From: an uncultured Eubacteriales bacterium
GTDB taxonomy: Bacteria; Bacillota; Clostridia; Oscillospirales; CAG-272
NCBI GenBank assembly: GCA_900549725.1
Contig: URPL01000007.1
Location: 6,031-70,030 of the forward strand
Length of the DNA stretch: 64,000 nt
Reading direction: 5' to 3'
In this document: positions 18,519 to 27,548 of the stretch, piece after piece
Position numbering within the stretch: the first letter of the stretch is position 1
Layout: every line of letters begins with the position of its first letter
Program-made: the position numbers and the translations under genes
The notes under the pieces: model-generated
Database searches by the model: none
Seen by the model: only the letters and a program-made list of their open reading frames with translations
Told to the model about the DNA's origin: nothing

Positions 18519-19172
18519 TTGTTTTCTTTGGTGTCTGTTTTACCACTTGCAGCGTCCGGAAAGGCGTATATTTTTACAATAAACTGGACCGGAACCGGGG
18601 CAATTGACACGACGGCTGCCGGAAGCGAGGAAGTTCTTAGACATTTGTGGAATATGGGATATGATGCAGGAATGTATTTGAATAACAGTGCTTCTGCGGG
18701 CTATTCCGTCATGCCGAATTCTAAAATTTGGGTTATTTCATCGCATGGGGAACAGGGTGTTCTTCATATGGGAGGAAGCTTCGGGGCTTCAGAGCTATAT
18801 GCTGATTCAACAGCCGGCGGTACAAATCGCTCGCTTTCAAATTTAGCGACATCATCACTTTCCGGTGTAAGATTGGTTATGTTCTCAGCTTGCTACAGCG
18901 GAGTTACATCCGGCGAGTATGGAAATTTGGTTAGCATGGTTCGTAACAAAGGTGCGCAGTGTGTTGTAGGCTGGAACGATGCACTTCGAAATTCAACATC
19001 AAATGAATGGATTCGCTTGTTTTTTGAAGAAGCAAACCAGGCACATGAACCGATTTGGGAATGCTTTAATCATGCAGATTATTGGTCAAGCTATTTCGGT
19101 CCATCATATGCCGTGGAAGAATTAAAAAACAGGCATGAGCAAGGAAATATTGCGTTATATCTGTATCAGTAA
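18519..19172 (+). CDS. Small secreted caspase-fold (clan CD / CHAT-like) cysteine-peptidase-like protein
   Basis: His-then-Cys dyad in the clan-CD context: VISSHG (His codon 18744..18746) and LVMFSACYSG (Cys codon 18891..18893), 49 residues apart. The N-terminus looks like the tail of a signal peptide. The ORF track uses TTG 18519, which has no SD, whereas an SD+ATG at 18473..18490 lies in the adjacent frame (see findings). The codon usage is AT-rich, unlike the neighbours. Confidence 0.55.
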   Translation: MFSLVSVLPLAASGKAYIFTINWTGTGAIDTTAAGSEEVLRHLWNMGYDAGMYLNNSASAGYSVMPNSKIWVISSHGEQGVLHMGGSFGASELYADSTAGGTNRSLSNLATSSLSGVRLVMFSACYSGVTSGEYGNLVSMVRNKGAQCVVGWNDALRNSTSNEWIRLFFEEANQAHEPIWECFNHADYWSSYFGPSYAVEELKNRHEQGNIALYLYQ

Positions 19173-19208
19173 CAAATGAATGAAAAGAATGAATATTGGA
19201 GGAAAACA

Positions 19209-19973
19209 ATGAAAAAGGTGATTTTGATTTGCGGCATGGCACTTTTGCTGTGCGCGGTGATTGCAGCCCCGTTTGCCGTGCGCGCGGGGGTGCAAAAGCA
19301 AACGGACCCGCGGGCAAATGGCGACGGAATTTTGCGGCGGCAGGAGGTGCAAAAAACCGTTTCGGTTCCGCTTGCAGCAGGGCAAAGCGCTATGGCACAG
19401 TATGACAAGACCCGCCTGGTCAGCGGCGGATATGCCGATATCTATCGGGATGAAAACGGGAACGACTATATTTTCAGGGGCGGGAATTTGTGTGGATTTT
19501 ATAACAACGGAATTACTTTGCCGGCAAGCGGCTGCACCCCAATCGGCATTGCGGCGGCTGAAGCCGTTGCGCGTGAACAGCTGGCGCTTTTTTTGAAGGA
19601 CGCAGATGCTTATGCGGTAAAACGGGTCTTCGAAAAGGAGAGTTACGGACAATACTATATCACCTTTGCGAAAAAGGTCGGCAATCTCTTCCTTGCAGAC
19701 GGCGCAGAGGTTTGGGTGATGTATGACGGAGCGGTAAAAAGCATTTATCTTGCGCCGGGGCAGAGCGAGCCTGAGACAGACGTTGAGATGCTCTCCGAAA
19801 TCACCGAACAGGATTTGAGCAGCTATGCGCAGACGGCGATGGAACTGCTCTATCCTGATGCGGACGGGATCTTTAAAATGCAGGGATATGAGCTGCGCGG
19901 AGACGGCACGGTTTGGATCACGGGTGATTATATGGGGAGAACGGAGTGTGTGCAGTATGAGGTCGGTCAGTAA
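19209..19973 (+). CDS. Hypothetical secreted protein
   Basis: GGAGG SD. Signal peptide MKKVILICGMALLLCAVIAAPFAVRA. No recognised family. Confidence 0.55.
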   Translation: MKKVILICGMALLLCAVIAAPFAVRAGVQKQTDPRANGDGILRRQEVQKTVSVPLAAGQSAMAQYDKTRLVSGGYADIYRDENGNDYIFRGGNLCGFYNNGITLPASGCTPIGIAAAEAVAREQLALFLKDADAYAVKRVFEKESYGQYYITFAKKVGNLFLADGAEVWVMYDGAVKSIYLAPGQSEPETDVEMLSEITEQDLSSYAQTAMELLYPDADGIFKMQGYELRGDGTVWITGDYMGRTECVQYEVGQ

Positions 19974-20538
19974 GAAGCACTGTCGGAGCATTGCGCTCCT
20001 GCTTGCCGCGGTTTTTCTGTCGGCGGCGGGGCTTTTCTCCTGCGCAGACACAAAAACGAAGAGCGACGCCGATGCCCGCTTTCCCCTGCAGCCGGACAGC
20101 ATTGTGATCGGCAGCGGAGGCAGGGAAATCACCGTCACCGCCGAAGATAAGGCATATGAAGAAATCGTTGCAAGGGTGCAGAAGCTTGTGGAAAAAAGCA
20201 CGGCAGAGTATGCGTTTGACACCTATAAAATGTCGGCATATGACGCGGCGACACAGCAGCCCCTGGCACAGCTTGTCCGGCAGAGGGAAACCTTTGTGGA
20301 GTATTGGTATCAGACGGAAACGGAGCAGCTTCTCCCTGCCGGAAAAGAGGGCGGAGCGGGAGAGGGCGAGCGCATTTCGGTGCGCATGGTGCAGTTTCCG
20401 CTCACGGGGGAATATCATAGAATGTTTTTCGTCGGATATGGGGAAGATGAGCTTTCCTATCTGCCGCCCTTTGGCGATGTGACCGATGATCTATCCCTGA
20501 TTCGCTATGTGCAGGATTTAGTTGCAAAGGCGCAATGA
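19957..20538 (+). CDS. Hypothetical lipoprotein
   Basis: Start taken at MRSVSKKH. Lipobox AAGLFSC. 17-nt overlap with the upstream gene. Followed by a terminator. Confidence 0.55.
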   Translation: MRSVSKKHCRSIALLLAAVFLSAAGLFSCADTKTKSDADARFPLQPDSIVIGSGGREITVTAEDKAYEEIVARVQKLVEKSTAEYAFDTYKMSAYDAATQQPLAQLVRQRETFVEYWYQTETEQLLPAGKEGGAGEGERISVRMVQFPLTGEYHRMFFVGYGEDELSYLPPFGDVTDDLSLIRYVQDLVAKAQ

Positions 20539-20544
20539 TAATTG

Positions 20545-20574
20545 CGGGGGCCGCGGGTGCGGCTCCCGTTTTTT
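20545..20574 (+). terminator. Intrinsic terminator
   Basis: Stem CGGGGGCCGC / GCGGCTCCCG (one G-U pair), loop GGGT, then TTTTTT. Confidence 0.65.
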
Positions 20575-20578
20575 AGGC

Positions 20579-21433
20579 TTACGGCGCAAGGCTCTGCAGC
20601 GCCGTGAGCGGCAGACGCAGCACGTTTTCGCACATGCCGCGCTGCGCCATGAGATATTTTACCGGCGCGGGGCTGGTTTGGGAGAACAGCAGCCTGATCA
20701 GCGGTATGGCGTCCTTTTGCAGCTGCGCCGCCGCTGCGGTATCCCGCTTGAAAAATGCGCGGCAAAGCGCTGCGACAAGGCGGGGCTCAAGGTTTGACAG
20801 CACGGAAAACACCCCTGCCCCGCCCAGGGAAAGAAACGGCACGCAAAGATCATCGCATCCGCAATAGATATCGAGTAGATCCGAGCAGCGTGAAAACAGC
20901 TCTGCGGCATAGCCCATATCGCCGCTTGCCTCCTTGATGCCGACAATGCGCGGGTGCTGCGCAATCTTTGCGATCTGCTCGGTTTGCATGCGCACCCCCG
21001 TGCGCGCGGGCACCTGATATAAAATAACCGGCACGGTCGCGGCATCTGCAACGGCATAAAAATGCGCCGATATGCCCTCCGTTGTTCCTTTGTTATAATA
21101 CGGCGTGATGTGCAGCAGGGCGTCTGCCCCCGCATTTTGCGCCGCCTTTGTTTTTTCAATTGCCGCCGCGGTGCTGTTGCTGCCTGCCCCTGCAATCACG
21201 GGGACGCGCCCGTTTGCCGTTTTCACGGCGCCTTCGATGCAGCGCCGCTGTTCCGCATCCGTGAGCGTTGTGCTCTCGCCCGTCGTTCCGGCGACAAGCA
21301 GCGCCGCGCTTCCTGCCGCAATCTGCGCCTCGCACAGCGCGCAGAAAGCGCCGAGGTCCAAAGCGCCGCTTTGCGAAAACGGCGTAATCAGGGCGCAGCA
21401 TGCCCCCTTGAATGTCGGCTGCGTGTTCTTCAT
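20579..21433 (-). CDS. dapA: 4-hydroxy-tetrahydrodipicolinate synthase
   Basis: DapA-like blocks ALITPF, LLVAGTTGESTTLT and GIKEASGD. Start set at the second ATG (MKNT), which has better SD spacing. Confidence 0.88.
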   Translation of the reverse strand: MKNTQPTFKGACCALITPFSQSGALDLGAFCALCEAQIAAGSAALLVAGTTGESTTLTDAEQRRCIEGAVKTANGRVPVIAGAGSNSTAAAIEKTKAAQNAGADALLHITPYYNKGTTEGISAHFYAVADAATVPVILYQVPARTGVRMQTEQIAKIAQHPRIVGIKEASGDMGYAAELFSRCSDLLDIYCGCDDLCVPFLSLGGAGVFSVLSNLEPRLVAALCRAFFKRDTAAAAQLQKDAIPLIRLLFSQTSPAPVKYLMAQRGMCENVLRLPLTALQSLAP

Positions 21434-21596
21434 GGCTCCCATCCTCCCTCTTTATTAACAGAATATGCGGCAGCGGCGCGGGAGGTTTTCGGAAAAATTC
21501 ACGGCTTGCCCCTTTTCTTTTTCGGCGCTTTGTGGTATACTGCAAGATGAATGACCGGGCGCATGGGCGCACGAAAAAGCAAAGGACGGCACAAAA

Positions 21597-22655
21597 ATGG
21601 CTGAAACGGGATATTCCACAAGCGATTACGATTACGAGCTTCCGCCCGGGCTCATCGCGCAGACACCCACGCCCGTGCGGGATGCCTCGCGCCTTTTGGT
21701 GCTGAACCGAAAGGACGGCTCGGTGGAGCATCGTATTTTTCATGATATCATTGCGTATCTGAATCCCGGCGATACCCTTGTGATCAACGATTCCAAGGTG
21801 ATTCCCGCGCGCCTTTACGGAGAGCGCATCGGGAAGACGACGCGCACCCCCGCCGAGGTGGTTTTGCTGCGGCAAAGGGAGAGCGATGTGTGGGAGGCGA
21901 TTGTGCGGCCGGGGAAGCGGCTGCGCCGGGGCGACCGCATGGCGCTTGCCGAAGAGGGCGTTTTCGTGCAGATCGAAGCGGTGCTTGAGGACGGAAACCG
22001 CCTGGTGCGTTTTTTGTATGATAAAAACGAATATCCGACGATTTATGCCCTTTTGGATAAGCTCGGCAATATGCCCCTGCCCCCTTATATTCATGAAAAG
22101 CTGGCGGACAAAAACCGCTATCAGACCGTATATGCAAAGGAAGAAGGCTCGGCGGCGGCGCCCACGGCGGGGCTGCATTTTACCCCGGAGCTGCTTGAGC
22201 GCATCCGCGAAAAGGGAATTGATATTGTTCCCGTGATGCTGCATGTGGGGCTCGGGACTTTCCGCCCTGTCAAGGAGGACGATGTGCGGCGGCACAAAAT
22301 GCATTCCGAATTTATCACCGTGACCGAGGAGGCGGCGCAGCGCATCAACGCAACGCGTGCGCGCGGCGGCAGGATTATCGCCGTCGGCACCACCTCCGTG
22401 CGCACTCTGGAAAGCGCGGCGGACGAAGCGGGCATTGTGCACCCCATTGCCGCCGACACCTCCATCTTTATTTACCCCGGCTATCATTTTCGCGCGGTGG
22501 ATGCCATGATCACCAATTTTCATCTGCCGAAGAGCACGCTTTTGATGCTCATTTCCGCCTTTGCCGACCGCAAGACCGTTCTGCGTACCTATGAAGAGGC
22601 GGTGCGGCAGGAATATCGCTTCTTTTCCTTCGGCGATGCAATGTTCATTCAATAA
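21597..22655 (+). CDS. queA: S-adenosylmethionine:tRNA ribosyltransferase-isomerase
   Basis: 352 aa. Has YDYELPPGLIAQTP, the PLPPYI block and a C-terminal FFSFGDAMFI. Confidence 0.92.
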   Translation: MAETGYSTSDYDYELPPGLIAQTPTPVRDASRLLVLNRKDGSVEHRIFHDIIAYLNPGDTLVINDSKVIPARLYGERIGKTTRTPAEVVLLRQRESDVWEAIVRPGKRLRRGDRMALAEEGVFVQIEAVLEDGNRLVRFLYDKNEYPTIYALLDKLGNMPLPPYIHEKLADKNRYQTVYAKEEGSAAAPTAGLHFTPELLERIREKGIDIVPVMLHVGLGTFRPVKEDDVRRHKMHSEFITVTEEAAQRINATRARGGRIIAVGTTSVRTLESAADEAGIVHPIAADTSIFIYPGYHFRAVDAMITNFHLPKSTLLMLISAFADRKTVLRTYEEAVRQEYRFFSFGDAMFIQ

Positions 22656-22728
22656 AAACGCAGAAAATGCGCGATGCCGCGCCCGTCTTTGCGCCGGGGG
22701 GACATCTTTCCGAAAGGATGTGAAACGG

Positions 22729-23694
22729 ATGCTGCAAAAGCTTGTTGCCGTTGTCGGCCCGACCGCGACGGGGAAAACCGCGCTTTCCGTCCGCCTTGCC
22801 AAGCGCTTTTGCGCAGAGGTGGTTTCCTTTGATTCCATGCAGATCTATCGCGGCCTTTCCATTGCAAGCGCAAAGCCGACCGAGGAGGAAATGGGCGGCG
22901 TGCCGCACCATATGTTTGACATCTGCGATACAGACGAGCCGTTTTCCGTCGCCGACTATGTTTCCATGGCGCAAAGAGAGGTGCAGGATATCTCGGCGCG
23001 CGGCGCTTTGCCGATTCTTTGCGGCGGCACGGGGCTGTATCTTGATTCGTTTTTGCGCGGAGAAGAAGCGCTGAAAAACACGGGGGGAGATCCGCAGCTG
23101 CGCGCGGCGCTGACCGAAGAATTTGAAAAAAACGGGATTGCGCCGCTGTATGAGCGCCTGCGGCGGCAGGACCCGCAGGCTGCCGAAAAAATTCATCCGA
23201 ACAATACGCGCCGTGTGATTCGCGCGCTTGAAATCTGCGAGAGCACAGGGATGAAAAAAAGCGAATGGGACGCCCGCTCCCGCGCCGCAGGGCAGAGATA
23301 TGCGGTCTGCAAAATCGGTATTGCCTATCATGATCGCACGCTGCTGTGGCAGCGAATTGAGCAAAGGGTGGATGCAATGTTCCGTGCGGGGCTTTGGCAG
23401 GAGATTTTGACGCTGTATGAAAGCGGGCGCCTGCCCAAGGACGCAACGGCGGCGCAGGCAATCGGCTGCAAGGAAATCATTCGCTGCATCGGGCGGGGAG
23501 AACCGCCGGAAAAGGCGCGGCAGGATATCATCATTGCAACGCGGCAGTATGCCAAGCGGCAAATGACCTGGTTTCGGCGCGACGGGGCGACGCATTGGCT
23601 CTATGCCGATGCATTTCCGTGCACGCAGGCGCTGTGGGAAGCGGCGGAGGAAATCGTATCCGCATTTTTGAAGGAGGACGGCAATGGAAAATAA
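22729..23694 (+). CDS. miaA: tRNA dimethylallyltransferase
   Basis: Start at MLQKLVAVVGPTATGKTALS (P-loop). Has QIYRGLSIASAKP and a YAKRQMTWFR block. Confidence 0.9.
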   Translation: MLQKLVAVVGPTATGKTALSVRLAKRFCAEVVSFDSMQIYRGLSIASAKPTEEEMGGVPHHMFDICDTDEPFSVADYVSMAQREVQDISARGALPILCGGTGLYLDSFLRGEEALKNTGGDPQLRAALTEEFEKNGIAPLYERLRRQDPQAAEKIHPNNTRRVIRALEICESTGMKKSEWDARSRAAGQRYAVCKIGIAYHDRTLLWQRIEQRVDAMFRAGLWQEILTLYESGRLPKDATAAQAIGCKEIIRCIGRGEPPEKARQDIIIATRQYAKRQMTWFRRDGATHWLYADAFPCTQALWEAAEEIVSAFLKEDGNGK

Positions 23695-24943
23695 AAAGCT
23701 TTGGAATGCCCTGAAATATTTTTTACTGACCTTGCTTTGCATCGGCCTTGTCTCCTATATCATTTATCATCTTGTGCTCAGCCTTGACGATTCCGTGCAG
23801 ACCGTGCCGACCACGCTTGTCACGGCGGAGGAAACGGTTTCCCAGGAGGGCTATATTTTCCGCACGGAGCAGATTGTTTACGCAACGCCCGGCAGCTTTT
23901 CCTATCGCATCGATGACGGCAAACGCGCGGCAAAGGGCGTGGCGCTGCTCGATGTGTACGATTCCGATACCTCTGCCGCGGCGCAGACGGAGTTAAAGAT
24001 GCTTGACCGCAGGATCACGCGCCTGAAAAACAGCAATCTGCAGCAGGGCATGCAGTATTCCGACACAACCATCATCGACAATGAAATCAGCGATCTTTAT
24101 TATACGATTTTGCAGAAGGTGCGCAACGGGGAGATGGATTTTGCCGTACAGAAAACGGCGGATTTTGTTTCTTCGCTGAATCGCCGCCGCATTATCACCG
24201 GGAAAATCGGAGATTATAATGAGCAGATCGCGGCGCTGGAGGCGCAGCGCGATGAGTTGGTGCGGCAAACGGGCGATGTGAAGGAAACGGTATATGCCAA
24301 GGAATCCGGCTATTTCTTCTCGGATATCGATGGCTTTGAAAATATGTTTACCACGGCAAAGGTAAGCTGGATGACGCCGGAGGAATACGACGCATTGATT
24401 CATGCGGAGGCGGATTATTCCGTTTCGCAGGGGGAGGATGGCACCGTCGCCGCCGGAAAGCTTGTCACCGATTTTCAATGGTATCTTACGGCGCAGGTGA
24501 GCCTTGATCAGCTCCGCTATTACAACGAAGCGCAGACCTATACGGTAATTTTCCCGTATAACTCGGATAAGCGCATCTCCATGCGGCTTGAAAAAATTCT
24601 GCAGTCAACCGATAATGATTCCATTGTTTTGCTGCTTGCAACACGCACAAACCCGGAGGGGTTCAACTATCTGCGGCGGCAGACCATTCAGATCGTGCGC
24701 GAGGAGACCTCCGGGTATCGCGTGCCCATTTCCGCCGTGCGCATGCAGGACGGCGTGCAGGGCGTTTATGTGTTGAGGGGATATGAGGTGGTTTTCAAAG
24801 AAATAGAAACGATTTTGGAAACCGACGGATATTTTATTGTCAAGGAAAACGACGGCACACCGGAAAGCCGCGGCAAGCTTGCATTAAACGATCAGATCAT
24901 TATTTCGGGCAAGAATCTCTATGTCGGCAAAATCGTTTCCTGA
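23684..24943 (+). CDS. HlyD-like membrane-anchored coiled-coil protein (division-cluster associated)
   Basis: N-terminal TM helix (FLLTLLCIGLVSYIIYHLV), a central coiled-coil and a beta-rich C-terminus. Sits directly upstream of yggS. The family call comes from architecture only. Confidence 0.55.
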   Translation: MENKKLWNALKYFLLTLLCIGLVSYIIYHLVLSLDDSVQTVPTTLVTAEETVSQEGYIFRTEQIVYATPGSFSYRIDDGKRAAKGVALLDVYDSDTSAAAQTELKMLDRRITRLKNSNLQQGMQYSDTTIIDNEISDLYYTILQKVRNGEMDFAVQKTADFVSSLNRRRIITGKIGDYNEQIAALEAQRDELVRQTGDVKETVYAKESGYFFSDIDGFENMFTTAKVSWMTPEEYDALIHAEADYSVSQGEDGTVAAGKLVTDFQWYLTAQVSLDQLRYYNEAQTYTVIFPYNSDKRISMRLEKILQSTDNDSIVLLLATRTNPEGFNYLRRQTIQIVREETSGYRVPISAVRMQDGVQGVYVLRGYEVVFKEIETILETDGYFIVKENDGTPESRGKLALNDQIIISGKNLYVGKIVS

Positions 24944-24956
24944 GGAGGAAAAACAA

Positions 24957-25664
24957 ATGGAGAGCATTTCCGAGCGCATTGCGTTTTATCGCGAGCGCAT
25001 TGAAACGCTGCGCGCGCAGCACCATATAGAAAAGCCGGTTGAGCTGATGGCGGTAACGAAATTCGTCACGCCGGAGCGCATCAATGAAGCAATTGAGCAG
25101 GGCGGCATCCGCCTCATCGGAGAAAACCGCCCGCAGGAGCTTGTGCGGAAATATGACGCGCTGCATCTTGACGGGGTGCGGGTGCATCAGATCGGCACGC
25201 TGCAAAAAAACAAGGTCAAATATGTGCTGGGGCGTGTTTGCATGATCGAATCGCTGGATTCCGTCGCTCTGGCAGCCGAGATCGACCGCCTGGCAAAAAA
25301 CAGGGGGCTTTCGCCCATAGAATGCCTGCTGGAGGTCAACATCGGGCAGGAGGAGAATAAAGGCGGCATTTTGCCGCAGGAGCTTTTTTCGGTTTACGAG
25401 CAAATTGCAGCGTTTTCACATATAAGCGTGCGCGGGCTGATGACCATTGCCCCCTTTACTGCCGACCGTGCGCAGCGCACTGCCTATTTTTCGCAAACGG
25501 AAAAGCTTTATGAGCGGCTCTGTAAGGACTATCTTCCGCCGAGAACGCAGCCGCTGCTCTCCATGGGCATGACGGAGTCCTTTGAGGAGGCGATCCTGTG
25601 CGGGGCGGATCTTGTACGCATCGGGACCGGAATTTTTGGGGCAAGAACCACGGCAAATCCGTAA
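24957..25664 (+). CDS. yggS: YggS-family pyridoxal-phosphate homeostasis protein
   Basis: GAGGAGG SD. Has the VTKF PLP-lysine region, the IGTLQKNKVKYV block and SMGMTESFEEAI. Confidence 0.85.
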   Translation: MESISERIAFYRERIETLRAQHHIEKPVELMAVTKFVTPERINEAIEQGGIRLIGENRPQELVRKYDALHLDGVRVHQIGTLQKNKVKYVLGRVCMIESLDSVALAAEIDRLAKNRGLSPIECLLEVNIGQEENKGGILPQELFSVYEQIAAFSHISVRGLMTIAPFTADRAQRTAYFSQTEKLYERLCKDYLPPRTQPLLSMGMTESFEEAILCGADLVRIGTGIFGARTTANP

Positions 25665-25806
25665 TTGTGAACAAAATGTAAAATTCGGGCTTTCTTGCCG
25701 AAATATGATGGCAAACGGAAAAACATATGATATAATGGACGAAGATGTACTATTGTGCTGTTTTTCACGATTTTCAAATACAACACAGGATCGGGAGGAA
25801 GAAAAA

Positions 25807-26331
25807 ATGGGCTTGGTTGATAAGTTCAAGAGCTTTGTCGGCGCGGACGACACATATGAAGATGAAATGATGGACGGCGATCTGTTTGAGGATGAAGATC
25901 CCTCTTACGGCGCCCAGCAGCAAACCGCGGCAGAGGAGCCGGCAAGACGCCAGAGTGCGCAGCCCTCTTCCGCCGGATATCAGTCTTCCGCTTCCATGGG
26001 CATGAGCTCTGCAATTGAGCTGCGCGTCATGAAGCCGACGGATTATGCCAGCGTGACGCAGATTGCGGATAATTTACTGGCAAGACGCACCGTTGTGCTC
26101 AATCTGGAGGCGACCAATAAGGACACCGCGCGCCGCCTGATCGATTTTCTCAGCGGCGTTGCATACTCCATTCAGGGGCAGTTAAAGCGCGTTGCAAACA
26201 ACACATTCGTGATCACTCCGAATAATGTGGATGTTTCCGGCGAACAATTGAGAAGCGAGAAGAAGGAAGAGCCAAAGCCCGAGCCGCAGCCCGCTGCCGC
26301 TCCGGCGGACGATTTGTATTCGAATCTGTAA
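25807..26331 (+). CDS. sepF: Cell division protein SepF
   Basis: GGGAGG SD. Starts MGLVDKFKSFVG and has the conserved core VVLNLEATNKDTARRLIDFLSGVAYSIQG. Confidence 0.88.
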   Translation: MGLVDKFKSFVGADDTYEDEMMDGDLFEDEDPSYGAQQQTAAEEPARRQSAQPSSAGYQSSASMGMSSAIELRVMKPTDYASVTQIADNLLARRTVVLNLEATNKDTARRLIDFLSGVAYSIQGQLKRVANNTFVITPNNVDVSGEQLRSEKKEEPKPEPQPAAAPADDLYSNL

Positions 26332-26385
26332 TGCTCGCCCGCTTTTGCGGGGGGAAATATGGACCGAAGGAGCGCTTGATACCAT

Positions 26386-26664
26386 TTGGAGACTTTTTTC
26401 TATTTGCTTGCAAGGCTGTTTTATTACTTAATCGGCGCGGTTGAGATTTGTCTTTTGATTCGTGCGGTGCTTTCGTGGTTTCCGGGTGAATTTGAGGGCG
26501 CATTTATTGACTTTCTGTATACCGTGACGGAGACCGTGGTGGCGCCGATGCGCTTTTTGCTGGAGCGGTTTGAAACGGTGCGGCAAAGCCCGATCGATCT
26601 CTCCTTTTTTGCGACCGTGTTGGTCCTTTCCTTTGTGCAAATCGGCTTGCAGGCGGTGATATGA
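26386..26664 (+). CDS. yggT: YggT-family membrane protein
   Basis: 92 aa with a LIRAVLSWFP block and two TM helices. Sits in the ylmG position of the cluster. Confidence 0.75.
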   Translation: METFFYLLARLFYYLIGAVEICLLIRAVLSWFPGEFEGAFIDFLYTVTETVVAPMRFLLERFETVRQSPIDLSFFATVLVLSFVQIGLQAVI

Positions 26665-27509
26665 TGCAGATGAACAATGTCGCTTTCGGCGCGGGAGAGG
26701 AAGAGCGTTATCTTCTTTCCCGCGTGGACGACGGCTTGGAGCGCGCACGGCGCGGCACGCTTTTTATCAGCGATTTTCTGAACGGGCGCGAGCAGGCGCT
26801 GATTTCTGCGCGGCTTTGCGCGCTCGGTCTGCATGCGGAAAAAGAATATCTGTTTTTCGGCGGATATCCCTATGCCGAGAGACAGGTATTGTTTTTGTTT
26901 CCGGAGTATTTTGCAGTATATGAAGATGCGGCACGGCAAAGCGCATATCTTTTCGAGGCGGCACGGGAAAGCGGTGCCGTCAGGGCGCTTTCAATACAGG
27001 GCAGCGGTTATCGGGAACTGTCGCACCGCGACTATTTGGGCAGCTTGACATCGCTCGGCATTGAGCGGTTTGTGATAGGCGATATTGTCCCATGTGACCC
27101 GTATAGTGCCGTTGCCTTTTTTTGTGAAAAAATCGCGGGGTTTGTGCAAAACGAGCTGCGCCGCATCGGCAGAGATGCGGTGAGCGTGAGAGATGTAACG
27201 GATGCGGTGCAGCGCGGGCAGCTGCTTGCGGCGGATCCGCATCGGTACGAAGAGCTTACATTTACCGTGGCAAGCCCCAGGCTTGACGGGTTGATTGCGG
27301 GGATGCTGGGGCTTTCCCGCGAGGTGGCGCAGCAGCTCATCCGCAGGGGTCTGGTCGAGATCGACCATGAAACGGTCGAAAAATGCGATGCAATGCCAAA
27401 GCCCCCCTGCCTGCTTGGTGTGCGGGGATACGGGCGATATCGCTTTTCGCAGATCGGCACGCAGAGCCGCCGCGGCCGATGGCGCATCACGGCGCAAAAA
27501 TATCTTTGA
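26661..27509 (+). CDS. ylmH: YlmH-like RNA-binding (S4-domain) protein
   Basis: ATGA overlap with yggT. Position and length match ylmH. C-terminal S4-like segment RLDGLIAGMLGLSREVAQQLIRRGLV. Confidence 0.7.
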   Translation: MMQMNNVAFGAGEEERYLLSRVDDGLERARRGTLFISDFLNGREQALISARLCALGLHAEKEYLFFGGYPYAERQVLFLFPEYFAVYEDAARQSAYLFEAARESGAVRALSIQGSGYRELSHRDYLGSLTSLGIERFVIGDIVPCDPYSAVAFFCEKIAGFVQNELRRIGRDAVSVRDVTDAVQRGQLLAADPHRYEELTFTVASPRLDGLIAGMLGLSREVAQQLIRRGLVEIDHETVEKCDAMPKPPCLLGVRGYGRYRFSQIGTQSRRGRWRITAQKYL

Positions 27510-27548
27510 TGCAGATTTGAGCTATGCTCCAAGAAAGGAAGGCACACA

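Noticed and set aside
21156-22838. 560-aa ORF on the minus strand
   Set aside because: It lies antisense to queA and overlaps dapA. The translation is Arg/Ala/Gly/His-rich with no domain signatures and no SD. This is a typical shadow ORF of GC-rich DNA.
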